DNA from: an uncultured Gammaproteobacteria bacterium
Lineage (GTDB): Bacteria; Patescibacteriota; Microgenomatia; UBA1406; GWC2-37-13
DNA length: 40,111 nt
Reading direction: 5' to 3'
NCBI GenBank assembly: GCA_964463455.1
Contig: CAYXCP010000001.1
Span: 16,800 to 56,910 of the forward strand
A program made the translations under genes and the position numbers. The notes below the pieces were generated by a model. It was not told where the DNA came from. It did not search any database and saw only the letters and a list, made by a program, of their open reading frames with translations. How positions within the stretch are numbered: position 1 is the stretch's first letter; each line of letters opens with the position of its first letter. Of this stretch, positions 6,009 through 13,815 are shown piece by piece.

Positions 6009-6415
6009 ACGAAGTCTTTGTCTTTAAGTTGCCAATCTTCAATTAGGTTGGCGTTTTCATAGATATTGCCTATTACAGTGACATTTAAAACATCTTTTGA
6101 TTTAACGTAACTATCTAAGGGCGCAATTGCTTTGAAGGCTCCCTTCGAGAAGTATATGGGAGCGATGGTCTCTTTCAGACTACTTCCCCAAGGAACTAGA
6201 ACGCTCTGAATGATGTCTCCCTCGTAAACTTTTACTCCTTTTAGGTCAACGAAGCCCGTCCATTCGGTAATGATGGGATCGTCCAATTCTTCGACCCTAT
6301 ATTGGCCAAGCAGATCAAAGAGGGTGGTTTCTCCGATGATATGGAATCCCTCAACGAGAAACTTCGCCTTCTTTTGGCTCCAAGCGCGGAACCTAATGTT
6401 TCTTTGCTTATACAT
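6005..6415 (-). CDS. YopX-family protein
   Basis: IRFRAW…GVKVYEGDII…IGNIYENANL. Confidence 0.85.
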   Translation of the reverse strand: MYKQRNIRFRAWSQKKAKFLVEGFHIIGETTLFDLLGQYRVEELDDPIITEWTGFVDLKGVKVYEGDIIQSVLVPWGSSLKETIAPIYFSKGAFKAIAPLDSYVKSKDVLNVTVIGNIYENANLIEDWQLKDKDFV

Positions 6416-6416
6416 A

Positions 6417-6581
6417 TTACGCTTCGGCTACTAGGTCGTCGTTTTCAGGATGTTCCTCTAAGTAGAGTTCAACAGCGTCCCTCATAGCGGGGATTTCGGC
6501 TTCTAGGCGATTCAGTAGTTCGATCATGCTGATCTCTTGATGTGCGGCGACAAAAGCTAATGTGCGGCATACTGTTTTCAT
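6417..6581 (-). CDS. hypothetical protein (54 aa under the standard code); frame open upstream to ATG 6722 except for one TAG
   Basis: ATG 6581 to TAA 6417-6419. The same frame continues upstream to an ATG at 6720-6722 that overlaps the preceding TGA (ATGA). It is interrupted only by TAG at 6648-6650. Confidence 0.5.
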   Translation of the reverse strand: MKTVCRTLAFVAAHQEISMIELLNRLEAEIPAMRDAVELYLEEHPENDDLVAEA

Positions 6582-6718
6582 TGTTTGATCTACAATGTCG
6601 CCTTCGTCTTTGAAGATTTTTACGGGAGTCTCTACGTAGTGCTGTCCCTAGATGTCGAGGAATTCGCAGCCTTGGGTAAATTTATTATCGTCTGCTATTG
6701 TGATTGCTGAGTATAGTG

Positions 6719-6958
6719 TCATGGAATTATTTTGTGAGCTTTAAGGGTGTTTATTAGGTTAGTGTATTTGTAGAAATATGTCCTAAGCAAGAGTAGAACC
6801 TGAGACATTTCGCAATGCTTCTCTTCTTTGTCAATTTCCCAAGTTTGAAGAAGATCATAGATGCTTCCTTGCTTTTCTACCGTTCTCCACCAACCGTCTT
6901 TATGTTCAGTGGTAGATGTAGTAATGGGGAGGTCTTCCCAATTTGTAATTTCGTCCAT
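6719..6958 (-). CDS. hypothetical protein (79 aa)
   Basis: ATG start, TGA stop, coupled to neighbours. Confidence 0.7.
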   Translation of the reverse strand: MDEITNWEDLPITTSTTEHKDGWWRTVEKQGSIYDLLQTWEIDKEEKHCEMSQVLLLLRTYFYKYTNLINTLKAHKIIP

Positions 6959-7269
6959 TATACGATTTCTAATCCTACTTCTTCTGTGATTTCTACTTCT
7001 AGGTGCGCGAAAGTCTTCCCATCATACAACCCGTAAACATCATCATCCGTCAATCTCTCGACGAAATCAGGATGAATCCTGAGTTTGGTTTTGATCGTGA
7101 GCGGCGCGTCTGTTTCCCATTCAGTTTCCGCCAACTTTAGGAGGAACTTAGTTAACGCGAGTGGGCGCGTTACCTTGGGACGCTTTGCATATCTACTTCC
7201 CGAAAGCCATTCCATGTACTTCGGATTCATTTCTTCGGGCCAAGCCTCGTCTTTAGTTAAAAGTATCAT
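6958..7269 (-). CDS. hypothetical protein (103 aa)
   Basis: ATG start, TAA stop, overlapping start/stop arrangement. Confidence 0.7.
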   Translation of the reverse strand: MILLTKDEAWPEEMNPKYMEWLSGSRYAKRPKVTRPLALTKFLLKLAETEWETDAPLTIKTKLRIHPDFVERLTDDDVYGLYDGKTFAHLEVEITEEVGLEIV

Positions 7270-7490
7270 CGTGGACTTTCTATGTTTGGAATCCCTCTTG
7301 CTGGTTCGCGTTTTACTTCATCAGGTCTTTCGCCCCAAACATAATTACAGCGTTGACATTGGAATTCAAACCATTGAATCTGGGGCCTTAACTGTCCCAT
7401 TGTATTTGTGCTAACTGTCGTGATAGTGGGTGGCTTGTCTAATAAAGCTACTTCACAGCCTGGACATAATCCTTCTTTACTCTTTACCAT
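7266..7490 (-). CDS. Zn-ribbon protein (74 aa)
   Basis: CPGC … CQRC motif pair. Confidence 0.65.
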   Translation of the reverse strand: MVKSKEGLCPGCEVALLDKPPTITTVSTNTMGQLRPQIQWFEFQCQRCNYVWGERPDEVKREPARGIPNIESPR

Positions 7491-7491
7491 A

Positions 7492-8286
7492 TTATCCTAT
7501 GTAATTTGCTACTCCTTGCACTACTTTCTTCTTATCCATTGCGTATAAACCAGCACTACTGAAACTAGTTAATTCGAGCAACCAACAGTTCCCGTCATTG
7601 TCCTGCGCTATATCTATGCAGAAAATTCCATCAGGAAAGTATCCGATTTTTAGTATTTCCTCGCATAGTTTAGTAGCTTGCGGAGAAGCCGATGGGACTT
7701 TAGTTAATAAACCATTGAATCTGTAAGATGATACGGCCAAGATTTGTTGCCTATCTGTAACTAGAAATCTGAATTCGGCTTTAATGTTCTTAGGAGAACT
7801 TACGATTACCAACTCATTCTGTAGATGCTTGAATTCGTCGAAAAATGATTCCGTATCTTGCATATCGAGCAGCCCTGCCTTAAATGGCTTATCGCCACTG
7901 TCGGGTCTTACAAAGACTTGAGCCTCTTTGCCAAAGATACCATAGAAGAAATATAGCCTTCTTTTAAGTTCTGTCAAGGGGATAATTACATAATCGTCGT
8001 TGAATAAAAACTCCCCGAAGTATGGGTAGAACTTTGTGCAAAGGTAGTTATCGAAGTTACTATACGTAACAGGGGCACACCCCTGTTTACGTAGTTGGTC
8101 TCCGACCAACTTATTCATTTCGATGCACCCCATAAAGAGAACCTTGTCGTCATTTTGGTAATGAGCAATATCCGCTTTCTTATAGTCTCCCTTAATGTCA
8201 TGCACAGGAAAACCCAAGTCTTTAGCAGCTTGCGAAAGCTCTAAATAACTAGGCTCCTTGACTAGGTTCTCAATTATCCACTTCAT
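7492..8286 (-). CDS. ATP-grasp fold protein (R2K/DUF4343-like)
   Basis: VFVRPDSGDKPFKAG, EFRFLV, and CIDIAQDNDGNCWLLELTSFSSAGLY resemble the ATP-grasp core and C-terminal motifs. The substrate is unknown. Confidence 0.65.
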   Translation of the reverse strand: MKWIIENLVKEPSYLELSQAAKDLGFPVHDIKGDYKKADIAHYQNDDKVLFMGCIEMNKLVGDQLRKQGCAPVTYSNFDNYLCTKFYPYFGEFLFNDDYVIIPLTELKRRLYFFYGIFGKEAQVFVRPDSGDKPFKAGLLDMQDTESFFDEFKHLQNELVIVSSPKNIKAEFRFLVTDRQQILAVSSYRFNGLLTKVPSASPQATKLCEEILKIGYFPDGIFCIDIAQDNDGNCWLLELTSFSSAGLYAMDKKKVVQGVANYIG

Positions 8287-8807
8287 CTTACTACGTGTTT
8301 ACTGTTTTCAGGGAGGTAGTATCCTTCTTCTAATTCCTCGGGGCACCTCCATAAACCATCTTTAAGGACCACTTCTTTACCTCGTTCCCAATCAGGTGTT
8401 CCTAGAATTTGCCCACTTGTGAGTAGTTCTCCTTCATCGAATCTTTCTTGGAACGTATAGTCATCTACATAATAGAGATTACACTTAAGCACACCCTTGA
8501 TTACGGGTTTGCGTTCTACAGGGCCATCGTAAGGGAGTAACAGGTCAGAACCATAAGTATCAATAGTTTCAGCTAAGTCTTCTCCAAGTTCTTTATTAGC
8601 TTGGCGGACTTCTTCCTTGTATTCCTCGTACAGATTCTCCTTTATGTAGTCTTTGAGGGTTGGCTCATTATCTGTTAAGATTTCCCACTTACCTTCTAAA
8701 ACATCTTTCTCGCGCATAGAGTCTCCACAATCCCACAAAGCATATCTTGTGTGGGCCTGAATATATTCTCTAGCTACCTTGTTTATCTTCTGTTCTAAGT
8801 TCTTCAT
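8283..8807 (-). CDS. hypothetical acidic protein (174 aa)
   Basis: ATG start, TGA stop overlapping the ATP-grasp start. Confidence 0.7.
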   Translation of the reverse strand: MKNLEQKINKVAREYIQAHTRYALWDCGDSMREKDVLEGKWEILTDNEPTLKDYIKENLYEEYKEEVRQANKELGEDLAETIDTYGSDLLLPYDGPVERKPVIKGVLKCNLYYVDDYTFQERFDEGELLTSGQILGTPDWERGKEVVLKDGLWRCPEELEEGYYLPENSKHVVR

Positions 8808-8925
8808 CTTCTTCGGGTGTTTCCAGAATTTCGCAAAATTCGTACGGGTCGTTTGTGTTCCATTCCTCTTTCAAGGAAATTCTGATTGTCTTTGGTTCAG
8901 ATTCCGGTTCCTTCGGGGTATTCAT
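8755..8925 (-). CDS. possible small acidic ORF (56 aa) bridging the 8808-8896 gap
   Basis: Hand translation gives MNTPKEPESEPKTIRISLKEEWNTNDPYEFCEILETPEEDEELRTEDKQGS. It overlaps both neighbours, so it is uncertain. Confidence 0.2.
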
Positions 8926-9187
8926 TCCAGCTCAGTTTAAGTATTAGTTTATGGGTATCGTATCCTAGTTCTTTGACTTCCTGCGGGGAAGCCCAAACAT
9001 AGTTAAGGTTTTCAACTTGTCGGAAGTCTTCGCCTTTCTTTTTCATTTCGTATTCATTGCGAATCACGAAATCCGCGTTCTCAATATCATCAGGAGTATG
9101 CTCCCTTTCGTCAATATAGAGAAAGATCATACTGTATGGTTTCCTATAGCAAAGTCCTGTGTTCCTACAGTATACTGTCATCGTCAT
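8897..9187 (-). CDS. hypothetical protein
   Basis: The track start 9223 is GTG. In-frame ATGs lie at 9187, 9181 and 9130. TGA stop. Confidence 0.55.
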   Translation of the reverse strand: MTMTVYCRNTGLCYRKPYSMIFLYIDEREHTPDDIENADFVIRNEYEMKKKGEDFRQVENLNYVWASPQEVKELGYDTHKLILKLSWNEYPEGTGI

Positions 9188-9449
9188 CTTTACGTTTGTG
9201 TGTGAAGTTCTTGATAAACGCACGCCACCACAGGAATAAGAATGTGTTCATTCCCATAAATAAGAGCCAACTGTTGAATGGCATCACGAATATAGTAGAA
9301 AGTAGCCCAAGAATTACGATTGTCAACACAATTTTAAGTAATTTTGGCTTCTTCGGCGGTTCAGGGGATGGTGGTTCGCAGCCAAAACCTACGTCAGTAG
9401 GACATCTTCTTAGAGATATTACAGTGGCTACAAGTGCAGGGGTGTTCAT
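9165..9449 (-). CDS. small membrane protein (94 aa)
   Basis: Two hydrophobic helices (IVLTIVILGLLSTIFVMPF and LLFMGMNTFLFLWW). Preferred over the opposite-strand ORF 9136..9468 because it keeps operon polarity. Confidence 0.55.
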   Translation of the reverse strand: MNTPALVATVISLRRCPTDVGFGCEPPSPEPPKKPKLLKIVLTIVILGLLSTIFVMPFNSWLLFMGMNTFLFLWWRAFIKNFTHKRKDDDDSIL

Positions 9450-9459
9450 AATAGTTAGG

Positions 9460-10011
9460 TTAACATGACTCTCCGTATTTTTTGATAATTTTCACAGCTT
9501 CGATCATATTTCCTGTAAAAAAGCCGTGGGAATGGCTTTCTGAGTTAAATCTGTGTCCAAAAGAGTGAAGGGCGTTGAAAACATACTGTCGGGCGGCATT
9601 TTCTTTGAATTTTCCCACGAATGAAGGCCAAGAACCAATTCTTTTTCTGAATAGGAAGTATAGGATGACATAAGATAGGGGCGAATCGAAGCAATCAGTC
9701 CATTCAGGGAGTCCTGTATGCTTCCAACGTGGCAAATAAAACTCAGAATGCGAATTTGTCAAGAACTTTTTGAAAAATTTGTCGTAAATTGTGTTCAAAG
9801 GGCCAAAATTGGCACTTGGAGACATTAAATCGGGCACTTCCTTAGGTTTTTGGGCTGCAAAACCATGTGGAGACATACTTCCGAACGCCCCATCCTTTTT
9901 GAAGTGGATACTTTTGTCAACTTTATCAATTTCCCAACCATTTGCGAGCATTTGACGTATCGAGTCAAGTGTTGTGGGATATTTGGCAATGAAATCTAAG
10001 ACTTCTTTCAT
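9460..10011 (-). CDS. hypothetical protein (183 aa); first gene of the leftward operon
   Basis: ATG start, TAA stop. Confidence 0.75.
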   Translation of the reverse strand: MKEVLDFIAKYPTTLDSIRQMLANGWEIDKVDKSIHFKKDGAFGSMSPHGFAAQKPKEVPDLMSPSANFGPLNTIYDKFFKKFLTNSHSEFYLPRWKHTGLPEWTDCFDSPLSYVILYFLFRKRIGSWPSFVGKFKENAARQYVFNALHSFGHRFNSESHSHGFFTGNMIEAVKIIKKYGESC

Positions 10012-10090
10012 ATTTAACTCTTTGCAAGAATCGTGCCTTGCTGCTTAATAATAAACTTTTGTGAAAAAAACTTTCTCGGACTTGTAAACA

Positions 10091-10097
10091 GTGTAAA
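10091..10097 (+). promoter_or_regulatory. GTGTAA box (GTGTAAA), 7 nt upstream of ATG 10105
   Basis: Member of a recurrent motif family. See the GTGTAA-box finding. Confidence 0.35.
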
Positions 10098-10104
10098 TAT
10101 AGGT

Positions 10105-10512
10105 ATGCAACGATTACTAAATGCCCTTGCTGTTCTCTTCGGGGAAAAGGTTGCTGTTAATAAGAGAACGTTGACAGAAATATACAAACTAATACCTGAT
10201 ATGACACAAGAAACTAAAGATAAGCTAAACGCGGTGAAAGCATACCTTGCTTCACTTCCTGATAAGTTCAAAGCTCTAAAAGATCAAATTGATGCACTTA
10301 AGAGCAATGATGACGCCGATCATGCTAAGATTGATGATCTAACTGCACAGGTAGATGCGCTGAAAGGCGAGCATGATGAAATCGTTTCTGTTGCTGATGA
10401 ACTGGACGCTGCTGCGAAAGCTGCTGACGCCGCAGACGGTGACGAAACTCCTGCTGAACCCACTCCGCCTGCGGAAGGGGAAGGTGCTGTAGTAACAGAA
10501 GGTAATCCCTAA
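10105..10512 (+). CDS. acidic coiled-coil protein; start uncertain
   Basis: The track start 10033 is GTG, only 21 nt from the divergent gene. ATG 10105 is preceded by a GTGTAAA box; ATG 10201 is also possible. Heptad-like K/D/A-rich sequence, TAA stop, followed by a terminator. Confidence 0.65.
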   Translation: MQRLLNALAVLFGEKVAVNKRTLTEIYKLIPDMTQETKDKLNAVKAYLASLPDKFKALKDQIDALKSNDDADHAKIDDLTAQVDALKGEHDEIVSVADELDAAAKAADAADGDETPAEPTPPAEGEGAVVTEGNP

Positions 10513-10545
10513 TTCTACTCAGATAAGTTAAACCATAAACCAAGG

Positions 10546-10573
10546 GCGTCAGAGCAATCTGACGCTCTTTATT
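10546..10573 (+). terminator. rho-independent terminator
   Basis: GCGTCAGA (10546-10553), loop GCAA, TCTGACGC (10558-10565), giving a perfect 8-bp stem. Followed by TCTTTATT. Confidence 0.75.
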
Positions 10574-10633
10574 ATGCAAAGATGGCACAGAGTTATCTTT
10601 TGTCAAACTTTTTTTTCCATCAAACCGAAAAAA

Positions 10634-10640
10634 GTGTAAC
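10634..10640 (+). promoter_or_regulatory. GTGTAA box (GTGTAAC), 27 nt upstream of ATG 10668
   Basis: Preceded by an A-run. Lies in the intergenic region before the tail-fibre locus. Confidence 0.35.
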
Positions 10641-10667
10641 TATCTTCAATAGTACTTTCCATCATCT

Positions 10668-11075
10668 ATGGCTGACACAAAAATTTCGGATTTGACCTCA
10701 GGGGTTATAGGGACAGGGGATTTCGTTCCCGCTGCTCGCGCAGGTTCCAACGTAAAGATTAATCTTTATGATGCAATCGGGAAACCTTATGTAGGGGACC
10801 AGGCGGTAGGTGTTTTGGTTACAACTGGCTCTGGACAACTCCTAAGTAACACAGCATTAACCAATACCCCTCGTGGCCGTGTTGACGTTTATAGAAACGG
10901 TCAACGACTAAACCTCGCGGGGCATTTTACTGGCGAATGTTATTTTAGTGCTAATACGGGTGTGACAGCTAAAGCTTTAGGGTCCGCAGCCGCAGGAGAT
11001 AAACTTTACAGAGGAAGCGGAATGACGGTAGATACCGCTGCTGACGAACTAATCCATCTTTGCTACATATCATAA
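10668..11075 (+). CDS. tail-fibre N-terminal-domain paralog (135 aa)
   Basis: MADTKISDLT…VPAARAGSNVKINL is about 50% identical over 40 aa to the N-terminus of 13816..15483. Confidence 0.7.
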   Translation: MADTKISDLTSGVIGTGDFVPAARAGSNVKINLYDAIGKPYVGDQAVGVLVTTGSGQLLSNTALTNTPRGRVDVYRNGQRLNLAGHFTGECYFSANTGVTAKALGSAAAGDKLYRGSGMTVDTAADELIHLCYIS

Positions 11076-11770
11076 TGAAGAAATTTCTTATCTTACTTTT
11101 TGTCATCTTGGGTCTAAGCACTGCTACTGCCCAAGGGCCGGTTACAGGCGGACCTCTTAAAATTGGGTCTGGCTCCAGCACCATCGCGGGAACCCTACAG
11201 GTTACTGGTGGTATCACAGGAACCCCATACGACACGCAAACATCAGGGAATGTTTTCAAATTCATTGACGAATATGAACTCATTAACCCTCACCAAGTTG
11301 ACGGGACTGGTGCCGTAGTGGACACTCTTAGCACTTCTCCGAGCTATGGTCAAGCAATTTTTGCTGCCAATACGGACGAAGCCACAAACTATGTTCTGTA
11401 TCGTTTCCGTGTTCCATTTGACTTAGATACAAACGTTGACCTACAGGCTTGCTTTAGTTTTAGGCTTGGCGCGGCGGACACTGGAACGCATACTTACAAA
11501 ATTAGTATGGCAGATGTAGCCGATAGCGCAAGCGCAGACTCCCCTTCATTTTCCAATACAATTACATGGAGCTTTGGCGGTGATGCGAGTGGCGCGAGTG
11601 GTGATACCGAAACTGTTGGGTACACAACTTTAACAAGCTGGAAATCTAGTCTTACTCCTGGACATATCATTGTCATTAAACTAGCGCGTGATGGTGATGC
11701 GGCTGGGGATTCTAGTTCACAAGCATCTTCAACACAATCATTATCACTAAAATATGGGCGTTCTCAATAA
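11075..11770 (+). CDS. secreted protein with signal peptide (231 aa)
   Basis: The track start 11060 is TTG. ATG 11075 overlaps the upstream stop (TAATG) and gives MKKFLILLFVILGLSTATAQG, a classic Sec signal. Confidence 0.7.
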   Translation: MKKFLILLFVILGLSTATAQGPVTGGPLKIGSGSSTIAGTLQVTGGITGTPYDTQTSGNVFKFIDEYELINPHQVDGTGAVVDTLSTSPSYGQAIFAANTDEATNYVLYRFRVPFDLDTNVDLQACFSFRLGAADTGTHTYKISMADVADSASADSPSFSNTITWSFGGDASGASGDTETVGYTTLTSWKSSLTPGHIIVIKLARDGDAAGDSSSQASSTQSLSLKYGRSQ

Positions 11771-13799
11771 ATTTTTCGTAACAGTAGCGGCGGTTCTATC
11801 TCTATTTGCGTCTAGCGTATTAGCTGGCGGAGCTAGAATTCCATGCGCTTCTGGAACTACTCAAAGCGGTTCCTTTTTACAAGGGACTTCTGTAGGAAAC
11901 TTATCTACCTCTTTCCCAGAACCTTCTGGGATGGGGCGTGCCCATGTACCTGCCAATAAAGGGTATATGTGGATCGAACAAGACTCAGGTGGTCCAAATA
12001 GCGTAACAGCAGTAAAGCTGAGTGACGCTACAACTGCCGGAAACTGGACACTTCAAGGAGTAACCCAATCTGACTTTGAGGATTTGGCTACCGCCCGAAT
12101 TAACGGGGTAAACTACATTTATGTAGCAGATATTGGAGATAATGCAAGTGCTCGTGGCACTATTGTCATTTATCGCTGTATCGAACCTACAATTACAGGC
12201 AGTGACGGAACAATTAGTAGTGGCAATATCGAAACCATCACTTGTCAATATCCAGGTGGGAATACGCCTGCTTTGAAAGATGCAGAATGTTTCCTTGTGG
12301 ACCCATTAGTGGGCACAATGTATATCATCACTAAGATCTTCCCTGCTCAGATTTATAGCCTGGCTCATGCGTCCTCATATTCAGGAACGCAAACACTTAC
12401 CTATGTAGGTAAATTGGCGGGGGATAGTTCTACTACTTCTTTGGCAATTGGAACAGGGTCTAAGACCTTTACTCAAGCCTCAAGCCTTGCTTACCCTATT
12501 GGATTAAAAGTGCGTGCTGCTTCTGCTGCTAACTCCGCAAACTTTATGGAAGGGGACGTTACTGCTCAAAGCGGAAACTCCCTTACAATTAACATGACCA
12601 CAACTGGTGGTTCTGGAACTTTATCAGATTGGCAACTTGGAATGGGTAATGCCCTTACTCCTACATCCAATAATGGAAATGTTCAAGGTGGAACTATAAG
12701 CCCTGATGGAAGAAGTATTGTTCTATGTAACTATGGTTATCCTTATCCAGGAGCCACAGGACAAGGTGGAACAGGTTTGTTTTTGTTCACTAGAACCGTT
12801 GCTACTGAAACAGTAGGGACTGCTTTATTGAGAGCGCCTTCCAAATTAATCACCGCTGATACTGGTGGTGGGATAAACTATCCCCATAGTAATCCGCCCA
12901 GCTTTCCGCAAAGAGAAGCTGTTGAATTTGATTTGGATGGTAACTTGTTTTCTGTAGGGGAGTATTACTCTACCTATGGGACTACTACTAATCCTTTTGT
13001 TAAATATACTCAGATTGCCAGAACGCCGACAACGGCTGTATTCCGAAATGGACTAAACAGCTATAGCGGAACTACGGACTGCTATATCTACAACATCAAC
13101 AATGCTACAGATAACTCTGCAACTACTTCTCTTGTAGCCGACACAGACCGTGATACGTTCAGTGCCATTGCTAATGCTGGGGGTGGAAACATTGACATTA
13201 CAACATCTTCTACAAACGTAACTAACGCGACTGTAGGAAAAGACATTCAAATCAAGAACTGCACGGTTCCTGGATACAATGGTTACTATTCACTTGTTTC
13301 TAAACCTACTTCTACAACACTTCGTGTAGCGGCGACTTTTACTAGCACAGCTACAGGGGATGTATATGTAACAGAACGTGTTGGTTTGGTTAAGTTTGAC
13401 ATTAGTAGCATTCCTTCCACAGCAACTATCGTAGGAGCTAAGCTAGTTCTATACATTAACACAGAAGGTAGCGCCGCTCAAATCAATAAAATGAAAGTTA
13501 CATGGAGCGGAACAAGCACATGGGACTCTCTTACTCACGGTGTTTCATTAGACGATACAGAAGCATATTCTTCATATGATGCTATCTGTATCAGAAACGC
13601 TATGGATACCTACACAGGGTTCTATACCTTCAACGTTCCAGTAGCTACAATTCAAGGATGGCTAAATGGAACCATTACCAACTACGGTTGGGTTGTTGGG
13701 GGTGACGAGACTCTTGGTGACGGTTTCCAATTCGATTCTAGCGAAGGTGCAACACAGGCGCGTAAGCCAATGTTAATTGTTCGCTACACAACTCCTTAA
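11754..13799 (+). CDS. secreted protein: signal peptide, beta-propeller-like N-terminal region, C-terminal DNRLRE-like domain (681 aa)
   Basis: MGVLNKFFVTVAAVLSLFASSVLAGG signal. YIYVADIGDN and DFEDLA motifs. The C-terminal VGLVKFDISSIP…AKLVLY…MKVTWSGTSTWDSL resembles the DNRLRE domain. Confidence 0.75.
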   Translation: MGVLNKFFVTVAAVLSLFASSVLAGGARIPCASGTTQSGSFLQGTSVGNLSTSFPEPSGMGRAHVPANKGYMWIEQDSGGPNSVTAVKLSDATTAGNWTLQGVTQSDFEDLATARINGVNYIYVADIGDNASARGTIVIYRCIEPTITGSDGTISSGNIETITCQYPGGNTPALKDAECFLVDPLVGTMYIITKIFPAQIYSLAHASSYSGTQTLTYVGKLAGDSSTTSLAIGTGSKTFTQASSLAYPIGLKVRAASAANSANFMEGDVTAQSGNSLTINMTTTGGSGTLSDWQLGMGNALTPTSNNGNVQGGTISPDGRSIVLCNYGYPYPGATGQGGTGLFLFTRTVATETVGTALLRAPSKLITADTGGGINYPHSNPPSFPQREAVEFDLDGNLFSVGEYYSTYGTTTNPFVKYTQIARTPTTAVFRNGLNSYSGTTDCYIYNINNATDNSATTSLVADTDRDTFSAIANAGGGNIDITTSSTNVTNATVGKDIQIKNCTVPGYNGYYSLVSKPTSTTLRVAATFTSTATGDVYVTERVGLVKFDISSIPSTATIVGAKLVLYINTEGSAAQINKMKVTWSGTSTWDSLTHGVSLDDTEAYSSYDAICIRNAMDTYTGFYTFNVPVATIQGWLNGTITNYGWVVGGDETLGDGFQFDSSEGATQARKPMLIVRYTTP

Positions 13800-13800
13800 G

Positions 13801-13807
13801 GTGTAAT
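13801..13807 (+). promoter_or_regulatory. GTGTAA box (GTGTAAT), 8 nt upstream of ATG 13816
   Basis: Sits in the 16-nt gap after the stop at 13799. Confidence 0.35.
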
Positions 13808-13815
13808 ACCCACAA

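Noticed and set aside
6648-6650. Genome-wide TAG reassignment
   Set aside because: TAG terminates 26215..27147 sensibly, since readthrough there gives nonsense. No suppressor tRNA is visible, and I found only one candidate in-frame TAG. It is kept as a local anomaly rather than a recoded genome.
9136-9468. 110-aa plus-strand ORF
   Set aside because: It lies opposite the 9165..9449 membrane-protein ORF inside a uniformly leftward operon. The minus-strand ORF has clearer TM helices and proper coupling.
10014-10271. 85-aa minus-strand ORF whose stop lies 2 nt from the start of 9460..10011
   Set aside because: It is Ser/Leu/Phe-rich, as expected for the antisense shadow of the K/E/A-rich + strand gene, which reads as a well-formed amphipathic protein with a terminator. 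I cannot fully exclude a real small membrane protein.
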